From Candidatus Lloydbacteria bacterium RIFCSPHIGHO2_02_FULL_50_18 (GTDB lineage: Bacteria > Patescibacteriota > Minisyncoccia > Phycocordibacterales > UBA6899): 64,000 nt of DNA. Positions 56,916-64,000 of the stretch are shown piece after piece (positions within the stretch are counted from its first letter, which is position 1; the number at the start of each line of letters is the position of its first letter). The notes under the pieces were generated by a model. That model worked only from the letters and a program-made list of their open reading frames with translations, was not told the DNA's origin and searched no databases. The position numbers and the translations under genes are program-made. The stretch lies in contig MHLM01000014.1 of the NCBI GenBank assembly GCA_001821395.1, positions 128,001 to 192,000 on the forward strand. Reading direction: 5' to 3'.

Positions 56916-57209
56916 ATGAAATTCCTTTTACATGCGGTAGTGCGAATGGTCGTCCTGGGTAGTTTCATCATCTTGGTTGCTTTCGGTCTTTTTCAACATC
57001 CGACGTTCGCTCAAAAGATCGGAGCTGCAGGAGTTATTTTTGTCTTCAATAGCTTTGCGGTCTATTTAAGTATAAAGGAAGTCGATTGGAAGAATGTTCG
57101 ACTTACGTCATCGTTGCCGCCCATCATTGTCATTGCAATCGTGCCGTTTTGCGTCATGATCGTATCCGGTCTCGGGTTGATCTTTATTATCTGGAAGAAT
57201 TATTTTTAA
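56916..57209 (+). CDS. small two-TM membrane protein (97 aa)
   Basis: Hydrophobic ORF between sufS and sufU. Confidence 0.45.
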   Translation: MKFLLHAVVRMVVLGSFIILVAFGLFQHPTFAQKIGAAGVIFVFNSFAVYLSIKEVDWKNVRLTSSLPPIIVIAIVPFCVMIVSGLGLIFIIWKNYF

Positions 57210-57212
57210 GCT

Positions 57213-57587
57213 ATGGATCCGCTTTACCAAGAACATATTCTCGAACATTACAAACATCCGCACAACAGGGGTTTGATGGAGGGTTTTGATGTGAAGAAAA
57301 AAGGAGAGAACATTTCGTGCGGCGACGATCTTACGCTGTATCTGAAATGGAACCTGGCTGCGCAGGCAGGCGGAGATACGCTTTTAGATATTTCCTTTGA
57401 GGGTTTCGGTTGTGCGATATCGCAATCGGGCGCATCGATGCTTACGGATAAGGTGAAGGGGATGATGCGGGCTGATATCGCGAAACTCACGGAAAAGGAT
57501 ATGTATGAGCTCTACGGCACAGTCATTTCCCCGCAGCGTGAAAAGTGCGCACTGCTCGCTCTGTCTACGCTTCATTCGGCGCTTTAG
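57213..57587 (+). CDS. sufU: SufU/IscU-like Fe-S scaffold (NifU N-terminal family)
   Basis: NISCGDDLTLYL, GFGCAISQSGASMLTD and ALLALSTLHSAL supply the three Cys ligands. Confidence 0.8.
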   Translation: MDPLYQEHILEHYKHPHNRGLMEGFDVKKKGENISCGDDLTLYLKWNLAAQAGGDTLLDISFEGFGCAISQSGASMLTDKVKGMMRADIAKLTEKDMYELYGTVISPQREKCALLALSTLHSAL

Positions 57588-57602
57588 TAATAAAAACCCG
57601 CC

Positions 57603-58355
57603 TTATGCGGCGGGTATGTGTCGTTGCTCAATGCGTTTGAGGAGTTGCTGGAGCACGCGCATTTCCTCGGTAATCGCACAACCTTTTGGCCATCCGGTGA
57701 GTGTGTATGCTTGTATCTCGTCGAGAAGTACTGTTTTTGAATAGCGCTCCAATATCCATGATCGTAATTCAGCAATAGGGAAACATGCGATGATCTCGAT
57801 CATGGCATTGTGATACTCTCTGTTGAGTGCAAACAACGCATGTCGGTACTCATGTTCAAAGTATGCTTTCGCGCCACGTTTGTTTCCGATGAGGTAAAAT
57901 TGATCCTCATGAAATGCTCCCTGTTTTGTTAATTCATCAAAGAGCCACAACTCTTTCGCTGAGTGTCCGGTAAAGGTTTCGCAGACCGCGCGTACCGCCA
58001 CCTCTGGAACATTGAATGCCGACCAATCAGATGCATAGGTGAATGCGCCGTAGGGCTTTTTTGTTTTTGAATATTCCCGCACATACCAGTCCATATACGT
58101 TTCAAGAGAAAAGACTTTTCCTTGAAATAGCGGATTCGGACTTTCGTAATATTCTTCGATCCGCAGGAACGTCATCGCCAGATCCCATCGGTCATCAGAT
58201 TCGACATGCCAAATGGGGTAGTTGGGAAGTTTTCGTATAGTGAGCATCAGTATCCCTAAGGAAAGGAATCTGTGTCCAATATTGCATGGAGCAGCCGCTT
58301 CTGCAAGGAGACGATCTTTGTTTCCAGTGCGCTTCTTTTGCGTACAAAAACTCAT
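57603..58355 (-). CDS. hypothetical protein with HExxH motif (FEHEYRHALF)
   Basis: 250-aa ORF ending at the terminator aaaaacccgccttatgcggcgggtat at 57592-57620. Confidence 0.5.
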   Translation of the reverse strand: MSFCTQKKRTGNKDRLLAEAAAPCNIGHRFLSLGILMLTIRKLPNYPIWHVESDDRWDLAMTFLRIEEYYESPNPLFQGKVFSLETYMDWYVREYSKTKKPYGAFTYASDWSAFNVPEVAVRAVCETFTGHSAKELWLFDELTKQGAFHEDQFYLIGNKRGAKAYFEHEYRHALFALNREYHNAMIEIIACFPIAELRSWILERYSKTVLLDEIQAYTLTGWPKGCAITEEMRVLQQLLKRIEQRHIPAA

Positions 58356-58416
58356 TGTTTTTCTCGGGTTCCTGTGCTAAACCGAAGGGAGATTCTTTGA
58401 GTATTGGAGGACAATT

Positions 58417-60030
58417 ATGGATCAAAAAAATATCGTGGTCATTGGTGGCGGGCATAACGGACTCGTCGCGGCGGCATATCTGGCGAAAGCAGGACACAAC
58501 GTGACCGTGCTTGAGTCTCGACGGGTGGTCGGGGGTGCGGCATCAACAGATACAACAACATTTCCGGGATATAAAATATCGACCGCATCATATCTGAATA
58601 GTCTGTTTTTGCCGGAGGTCATCGCAGACCTTGAGCTTGAGCGCTTTGGGTACGAGATGCTTCCCCGAGAACCTTCTTCGTTCACACCTCTTCCGTGTGG
58701 TACGAAGTCGCTGCTCATGGGTAGCGACATGGAGTACAACCAGATGCAGATCGAGCAATTCTCAGCGCATGATGCGGTAGCGTATCAGCGTTACGAGCAT
58801 GAGCTTGGTGAGATCGCCGCATGGATGTCACAGATGATGACGATGACCCCGCCGAATATTCCGCCGCGCAATATGCGTGATGTGAAAAATATTCTGAAGG
58901 TCGCGCGTCATGGACTGCGTTTAACGCCCGTGCAAATGTATCGAATGGGAAAATTGCTTTTGAGCGATCCCGTCGAATATTTGAACGAATGGTTCGAGTC
59001 GGATGTATTGAAGGCGACCTTGCTCACCGATGCCTTGATCGGTGCGACAGCATTGAACGGTTACGTTCTTTTGCATCATGTGATGGGTGAAGCCGGCAGT
59101 GCACGCGGAGTATGGGGATATATGCGTGGAGGCATGGGCGGCATATCGGAAGCGCTCGCCAAGGCCTGTACTGAATTTGGAGCGGAGGTCATACTCAATG
59201 CTGAGGCAGACCGAATAATTGCTCGGAATGGCCGTGTGATCGCTGTGTTGGCGATGGCAAAAGATCTCGAAGGACGCCACGCCCCGATGTGGAAATACGT
59301 TTATGCGGACATTGTCATTTCCGCGGTTGATCCGACGATCACATTTGCGAAACTATTGAGGTCATCACACCTCGTGGATGGTGTCCGCAAAAAAGTCGTT
59401 GCACGTGATACAAAAAGTGCTTCGATGAAGATCAATCTGACGCTCTCCGGTCTTCCTGATTTTCGTGCGAAACCGGGCGTCACTCCCGGACCGCAGCATA
59501 AGGGGACGGTGCATATTGCTCCCTCGGTGGCGCATATCCTTGATGCATTAGAGGACCTGAAGAAGGGCTGCCCATCCTCTCGTCCGATTCTTGAGCTCAC
59601 GATACCAAGTGTGGTCGATGACACATTGGCGCCACCAGGATGCCATGTGATGAACATCTTCCTGCAGTTCGTTCCATACAAACATCCGTTCGGAGACTGG
59701 CAAAAAGAGAAGGATGGATACTTTCAAAATGTCGTCCTTCCGCTCCTGCGCGAGTACATCACGAACATTGATGCGATCGTCACAGGGGTCCAGATATTCA
59801 CTCCGGAGGATATCGAGCGCGAGTTCGGTATGGTTGGAGGAAATATCTTCAGCGGCGGCATGGGGCTTTCGCAATTGTTCTCCGGTCGGCCCATCAGGGG
59901 TATGGCGGATTATCGGACTCCGATCAAGGGTCTCTATCTCTCCGGTGCGGGAACGCATCCGGGTGGGGGAGTGACCGGCGCTTGCGGGTACAATGCCGCA
60001 CGTGAAGTCCTTGCTGATATTGGCTTGTAG
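58417..60030 (+). CDS. FAD-dependent oxidoreductase, phytoene desaturase (CrtI) family
   Basis: N-terminal dinucleotide-binding motif IVVIGGGHNGLVAAAYLAKAGHNVTVLE and a C-terminal GAGTHPGGGVTG-like motif. A terminator lies at 60036-60066. Confidence 0.8.
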   Translation: MDQKNIVVIGGGHNGLVAAAYLAKAGHNVTVLESRRVVGGAASTDTTTFPGYKISTASYLNSLFLPEVIADLELERFGYEMLPREPSSFTPLPCGTKSLLMGSDMEYNQMQIEQFSAHDAVAYQRYEHELGEIAAWMSQMMTMTPPNIPPRNMRDVKNILKVARHGLRLTPVQMYRMGKLLLSDPVEYLNEWFESDVLKATLLTDALIGATALNGYVLLHHVMGEAGSARGVWGYMRGGMGGISEALAKACTEFGAEVILNAEADRIIARNGRVIAVLAMAKDLEGRHAPMWKYVYADIVISAVDPTITFAKLLRSSHLVDGVRKKVVARDTKSASMKINLTLSGLPDFRAKPGVTPGPQHKGTVHIAPSVAHILDALEDLKKGCPSSRPILELTIPSVVDDTLAPPGCHVMNIFLQFVPYKHPFGDWQKEKDGYFQNVVLPLLREYITNIDAIVTGVQIFTPEDIEREFGMVGGNIFSGGMGLSQLFSGRPIRGMADYRTPIKGLYLSGAGTHPGGGVTGACGYNAAREVLADIGL

Positions 60031-60109
60031 GTTTGATAAGATGCATCTTCCGATGCATCTTTTTTGTTGCCTTTTTTCGGATTTTAGTGTCTAATACACA
60101 AACAAATAT

Positions 60110-60844
60110 ATGAGCGAACTGACCATCAACAATGTCACGGTGCGAACGAGCGATAAGATCGTCGTTGACGGTGCATCGCTTACGATCAAAAGCGGAGAGA
60201 TCCATGTGCTGATGGGGCCGAACGGATCGGGGAAATCGTCTCTCCTCAACGCCATCATGGGACATCCGAAATATGAAATTAGGGGCGGCTCGGTGATGCT
60301 CGACGGAGAAGATATCACGACACTTGCCACGGAAAAGAAGGCGCGTGCGGGGATATTCCTTTCGCTCCAGCATTTGCCCGAGATTGCGGGTGTGACGCTC
60401 ACGAATTTTCTTTTCCGCGCACACAAAAGCATGAAGCCAGAAAGCGAGGTCACGCCGCTTGAATTTTTTAAACTGATGGAGGCAAAGGCAAAAGAGTTTG
60501 GGATCGATCCGTCGTATCTGCGCAAACATTTGAATGCCGGACTTTCGGGAGGTGAGAAGAAACAATCCGAAGTGCTCCAACTCCTTGCGCTCGAACCCAA
60601 ATTCGCACTCTTGGATGAGATCGACTCCGGGGTTGATATTGATGCCTTGAAGCGAGTCTTTGCGGTCATTAGCGCGCTCCGTGATCGTGGGATGGGATTT
60701 CTGCTCGTGACCCACTACAGCAAGCTTTTGGAACACATTACTCCTGATGCGGTCACCGTCATCAAGGAGGGAAGAGTTGTCGCATCGGGTAAGGGTGAGC
60801 TTGTCGAGAAGATCGCGAAAGAGGGATTTGAATCCCTCATCTGA
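60110..60844 (+). CDS. sufC: Fe-S cluster assembly ATPase SufC
   Basis: Walker A GPNGSGKSS, signature LSGGEKK and Walker B LLDEIDSGVD. Confidence 0.85.
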   Translation: MSELTINNVTVRTSDKIVVDGASLTIKSGEIHVLMGPNGSGKSSLLNAIMGHPKYEIRGGSVMLDGEDITTLATEKKARAGIFLSLQHLPEIAGVTLTNFLFRAHKSMKPESEVTPLEFFKLMEAKAKEFGIDPSYLRKHLNAGLSGGEKKQSEVLQLLALEPKFALLDEIDSGVDIDALKRVFAVISALRDRGMGFLLVTHYSKLLEHITPDAVTVIKEGRVVASGKGELVEKIAKEGFESLI

Positions 60845-60846
60845 CC

Positions 60847-61128
60847 ATGCTTACGAAAGATGACATCATTAAGGCGCTCAAGACCGTCGAAGATCCCGAA
60901 ATACATATTGATGTGTATACACTTGGACTTATCTACAATATCGACATCAATGATGCGGGGATAGACATCTTGATGACGCTCACGACGCCTTTTTGTCCGT
61001 ATGGCAATCAGATCGTGCAGGCCGTCGAGAAAGCACTCAAGCCATTCGGACTTGAGGTACGCGTTGAGATCACGTTTGAGCCCGAGTGGGTTCCACCTGA
61101 GGATGTAAGAATAGCCCTGGGGATATAA
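60847..61128 (+). CDS. DUF59/MIP18-family Fe-S assembly protein (SufT-like)
   Basis: ALKTVEDPEIHIDVYTLGLIYNIDI...LTTPFCP matches the DUF59 motif. Confidence 0.75.
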   Translation: MLTKDDIIKALKTVEDPEIHIDVYTLGLIYNIDINDAGIDILMTLTTPFCPYGNQIVQAVEKALKPFGLEVRVEITFEPEWVPPEDVRIALGI

Positions 61129-61196
61129 TAATTTGACAAAAGCATAAAAAGAAGTCTAACTAGTACTAGAAGTTGTACTCGTTGACGATGATGTGA

Positions 61197-61240
61197 ATTT
61201 GCCATAGCCAAAAGTCCTTTGATGAGCTCAGGATTTCTGG
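61197..61240 (+). promoter_or_regulatory. conserved 44-nt 5'-UTR stem-loop element, copy 1 (catagccaaaagtcctttgatgagctcaggatttctggctgtg)
   Basis: An identical 44-mer occurs at 62088-62131. It folds as an 8-bp outer stem plus a 6-bp inner stem with an 11-nt loop. A ttgacaaaag -35 box lies at 61133. Confidence 0.55.
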
Positions 61241-61300
61241 CTGTGGCAAATCTCAATTCCGAGAAACCAGAGCAGTGCGACCTCATTTGAGGGAGCAATT

Positions 61301-61909
61301 TTGAAAAGGAGACCCATCATGGGGAAACTTATCACAGAGACACCGTACTCGGAGATTACTGCAACGATGGAGTTGCTCGATTCTTTTGGTGTGTCACGGG
61401 AAGATCTGACTCGGTTCAGGAAGGCTTCGTGGGAATTGAAGACGAGGGTGGCTGGCCTCATCATCCATGGCGTCTCTCACAGCGCCACAATATCCGTCGA
61501 CTACAATATGCCTCTCAAGGCAATGATTGTCTCCGGGCTTTACGATTGGGTGAACAAGAATATCACTGAAGAACACTTCCCGATTGCGGAAAGTGGAGTG
61601 GCAAATATCACGGTTGAGCTGGTGCAGTTTGGTCGAAAGATTTTATTCGATGATGCCGTCGCCGAATTGCGTCGTCGCGATTTACGCCCCGCAACCCTGG
61701 CCGAGCTCCTTGCGTTCGGTAATGCGTTCCCCATGGAGCAGTGTAGGTACCCTATTGTGGCGCTTGGCTCCGATGCGATCGTCGACCGCCTTCGGTACGT
61801 CGCATTTATCAGCAAAGAGGGTTCGGATCGGGTTCTCGACCTCGAGTCTACGTTCGGTTATTTTTTTGGCAACGCTCGTTTTCTTGCCGTGTGCAACAAA
61901 GATCTATGA
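61301..61909 (+). CDS. hypothetical protein (202 aa), cassette paralog X
   Basis: AAAAGGAG RBS upstream. The C-terminal region is distantly similar to the 62200-62799 product (YDWVNKNITEEHFP versus YPDWVKQVMHPELEDV; RVLDLESTFGYFFGNARFLAV versus YRLDLHWSSDDNLAARF). Confidence 0.6.
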   Translation: MKRRPIMGKLITETPYSEITATMELLDSFGVSREDLTRFRKASWELKTRVAGLIIHGVSHSATISVDYNMPLKAMIVSGLYDWVNKNITEEHFPIAESGVANITVELVQFGRKILFDDAVAELRRRDLRPATLAELLAFGNAFPMEQCRYPIVALGSDAIVDRLRYVAFISKEGSDRVLDLESTFGYFFGNARFLAVCNKDL

Positions 61910-61937
61910 TCCTCGTTTCTCGGGTCTACTTTGTAAC

Positions 61938-61988
61938 CTATTGACCGTCAATATCGTCCCGCGCATGTATGCAAATACAGCGCGGGAC
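61938..61988 (+). terminator. conserved terminator module, copy 1 (atatcgtcccgcgcatgtatgcaaatacagcgcgggactttt)
   Basis: Hairpin cccgcgc...gcgcggg plus T-run. A near-identical copy lies at 62838-62888. Confidence 0.6.
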
Positions 61989-62087
61989 TTTTAAATTGAC
62001 AAAAGTGCCACTTGGATTAGGTTGAAGGTATTGTTCTTGGTTTTTTAATGCAGGCGTGCATTCCTGTATGGGGTAGGTCGGTGGTCA

Positions 62088-62131
62088 TAGCCAAAAGTCC
62101 TTTGATGAGCTCAGGATTTCTGGCTGTGACC
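62088..62131 (+). promoter_or_regulatory. conserved 44-nt 5'-UTR stem-loop element, copy 2
   Basis: Identical to 61197-61240. It is preceded by ttgacaaaagtgcc at 61993. Confidence 0.55.
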
Positions 62132-62199
62132 AACGTAGGCCACAGCTCCACCTCGGATGAGAGGAAAATCTACGCACAATTGAGTGCAAGGAGAATGAT

Positions 62200-62799
62200 A
62201 TGATTAGAGAAAGATTGGCGATCGCTGATGTCACTGGTGGGCAATTGAATGCCATCGTCAAAAAGATCAAAAAAGCTGGCGGAGTTGATGGCGTCCAACG
62301 CTTCTTGTCCGACGAACTCATCGTCACCGCAAAGGAAGACACCATCATCCGCATCACGCGTCCGGTCAAACCGACCTACCCCGACTGGGTGAAACAGGTG
62401 ATGCACCCAGAACTAGAAGACGTGGGTCCAGGCGAGTACGATCTCGCTTCCATCGACCTATGGCTCGATGAGCGACAGATGAAGAGTAGTGACTACATGA
62501 GACAGATGGGGCGGGTCTACGGAAGCGTTATCTACGAAGATTTCAAACACAACGACAGACTTAAAACCTGTCTCGGCCTCCGAGATGCCGAGGAGATCCA
62601 AAAGAAGGGCCCCGCCGTTTTCCGCCGATGCTTCGGCAAGAAAGCGTTGTGCTTTTGGAAGTCGGTTGTCTGCAGCACGGATCTTAATCTCCACGTCCCG
62701 TGTATCTACGTGTTAAATGATGATGTGGTGATAAGTTGGTACCGGCTCGACCTTCACTGGTCGAGCGACGACAACCTTGCGGCGCGTTTCACAAGTTAG
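62200..62799 (+). CDS. hypothetical protein (199 aa), cassette paralog Y
   Basis: CAAGGAG RBS upstream. It is distantly similar to the 61301-61909 product. Confidence 0.6.
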   Translation: MIRERLAIADVTGGQLNAIVKKIKKAGGVDGVQRFLSDELIVTAKEDTIIRITRPVKPTYPDWVKQVMHPELEDVGPGEYDLASIDLWLDERQMKSSDYMRQMGRVYGSVIYEDFKHNDRLKTCLGLRDAEEIQKKGPAVFRRCFGKKALCFWKSVVCSTDLNLHVPCIYVLNDDVVISWYRLDLHWSSDDNLAARFTS

Positions 62800-62837
62800 T
62801 TCTTTGGGTTCGGTCACTATGTCTTTGTGATATTCTG

Positions 62838-62888
62838 ACCCTCGATATCGCCCCGCGCATGTATGCAAATACACCGCGGGGCTTTTTG
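62838..62888 (+). terminator. conserved terminator module, copy 2 (atatcgccccgcgcatgtatgcaaatacaccgcggggctttttg)
   Basis: Hairpin plus T-run. It is shared by convergent dsbA-like gene on the minus strand. Confidence 0.6.
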
Positions 62889-62966
62889 TTTTTACCCCCC
62901 ATGATTCATTTTTGGGATAAAAAATCTCCGCGATCGCGGAGATATTTTAATTTATAGAATTCCTTG

Positions 62967-63749
62967 CTACTTCGCCGAAGGGGCGGCGATAATACCATCA
63001 AGCAAAGATTTCACATTTTCGAACGGATAGGCTCCGTTCATTGATACCTGCTTTCCGGTCTTCCTGTTCCAGATGATCGAGTAGGGGGTTCCGCGAACGC
63101 CGACGCTCGCGCCGTTCTCAAAATCACGCTGTACGCGAGGAGCATATTTCCCGCTACTCAAACAGGTGGTGAACTTTGCAACATCGACTCCGACCATGCC
63201 GGCGATCTGTGGAAGCATTGTAGCGTCAAGTCCATTGTTACCAGGGGTGATCTCGAATATCTTATCAGCGTATTTCCAGAATGCATCATTACCGCCGAGT
63301 TCATTTGCGCATTCAAGCGCCTCAGCTTCTTTGCGAGCTTTCGGATGCATATCGAGCGGGAAGTGACGATACACCCATGCGACCTGTCCTGATGTACCAT
63401 ATTCCCCGGCGACGAGAAGCATCGTCTCATGGAGTCGCTTGCAGAATGGGCATTCGGTATCCGAATATTCGATGACCACAACATCAGCATCGGGGTTTCC
63501 AAGAATGTGGTCGTCGTTCGTGAGCTTAAGCAGGTTGACGTCGACATTGGCGACCGGGGCGTCTGCTGCGGGTGGGGGTACCCCGCCGGCGGCTAGTGTT
63601 GGTGTTCCTACTGCGGTCTTATTCGAAAAAATGATCGAACCCGCAATGAGTATTCCGGCAAAAACGATCGCGATAGGTATGTTGAGACTGTCATCTCTCT
63701 TGGTGTGGGTAACATGATGCGTGGCCGGCGTTTGATTTTCTTTTTCCAT
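62967..63749 (-). CDS. DsbA-family thiol:disulfide oxidoreductase with N-terminal TM anchor
   Basis: N-terminal TM IPIAIVFAGILIAGSIIF and the thioredoxin active site CPFCKRLH. Confidence 0.8.
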   Translation of the reverse strand: MEKENQTPATHHVTHTKRDDSLNIPIAIVFAGILIAGSIIFSNKTAVGTPTLAAGGVPPPAADAPVANVDVNLLKLTNDDHILGNPDADVVVIEYSDTECPFCKRLHETMLLVAGEYGTSGQVAWVYRHFPLDMHPKARKEAEALECANELGGNDAFWKYADKIFEITPGNNGLDATMLPQIAGMVGVDVAKFTTCLSSGKYAPRVQRDFENGASVGVRGTPYSIIWNRKTGKQVSMNGAYPFENVKSLLDGIIAAPSAK

Positions 63750-63879
63750 AAATTTGGCGTATGTGAATAAGCGCTTAAGGTTTGTATTGCGAGTATAACA
63801 TGACAGGGTTATTCACATGAGTTGACAAAAGTGTCTTATCGTGAATAATTATTGCAGGTCTACCAAAAGGAGCATCGTT

Positions 63880-64000
63880 GTGAGCATTCTTACGTTCATC
63901 GAAGAGGCTGTCCGTCGTATGGAGCAAACGGGAGAAGAGTTTTGCGTATCATGCGGGCGTGGCATGGGATTTTCCGCAATGAATACACATGTCGACCATC
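63880..64000 (+). CDS. hypothetical protein, 3'-truncated by window edge (GTG start)
   Basis: Preceded by the promoter ttgacaaaag-17-ataatt at 63826-63854 and AAAAGGAG RBS. The fragment VSILTFIEEAVRRMEQTGEEFCVSCGRGMGF is too short to assign. Confidence 0.4.
   Translation, partial: MSILTFIEEAVRRMEQTGEEFCVSCGRGMGFSAMNTHVDH

Noticed and set aside
57603-58355. Assignment of the HExxH ORF as a SprT/WLM-like metalloprotease
   Set aside because: This rests on a single HExxH occurrence (FEHEYRHALF) and could not be supported by further motifs. It is kept as hypothetical.
61197-61240. Hammerhead ribozyme (because of ugaugag in the loop of the conserved 44-mer)
   Set aside because: The core requires CUGAUGA plus a GAAA strand flanking three helices. 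Here the motif is UUGAUGAG with no GAAA and only a two-tier hairpin, so it does not fit.
1-64000. CRISPR arrays, rRNA, tRNA and tmRNA/RNase P genes
   Set aside because: No regularly spaced direct repeats with unique spacers were seen. No cloverleaf-compatible 70-90-nt segments with GTTCRANYC T-loops were found in intergenic regions. No rRNA-like conserved blocks were found. The long structured region at 19960-20680 was checked for RNase P and tmRNA hallmarks without a match.

Overview
The window is about 50% GC and is dominated by bacterial housekeeping genes on the + strand: an RNase III C-terminus, a short SMC-like ATPase, RNase R (- strand), rpsP-khpA-trmD (no rimM), msrA-msrB-deoC, rpoB-rpoC followed directly by dnaG-rpoD, and a SUF Fe-S cluster (sufB-sufD-sufS-sufU ... 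sufC-sufT). Genes are compact, rpoB and SMC are short, and rimM is absent. This is consistent with a reduced-genome, possibly candidate-phyla-radiation-like, bacterium; this is an inference from the sequence only. The main non-housekeeping signal is a low-GC (about 33%) accessory segment at about 31.47-34.1 kb immediately after rpoD. It carries a near-consensus promoter and seven tightly packed paralogous mini-genes (52-192 aa) that each encode a sigma-70-region-4/LuxR-like helix-turn-helix with a Lys-rich tail. It is followed by a poly-C tract, a 40-bp perfect palindrome and a small Cys/His-rich secreted protein. Other notable features are two families of modular intergenic repeats (one REP/MITE-like in the 3' regions of smc, khpA, rpoC and rpoD; one possibly a small-RNA family), an SDR pseudogene truncated by such a repeat, a duplicated dnaG 5' end, two paralog cassettes sharing a promoter/5'-UTR hairpin/terminator module, an 1146-aa surface protein with a 159-bp tandem repeat and an internal transmembrane hairpin, an AbrB/RelE-type TA pair, and a principal sigma factor with a histone-H1-like basic N-terminus. 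All calls are from reading the sequence and the ORF track without database searches, so family names are motif-based and starts are approximate.
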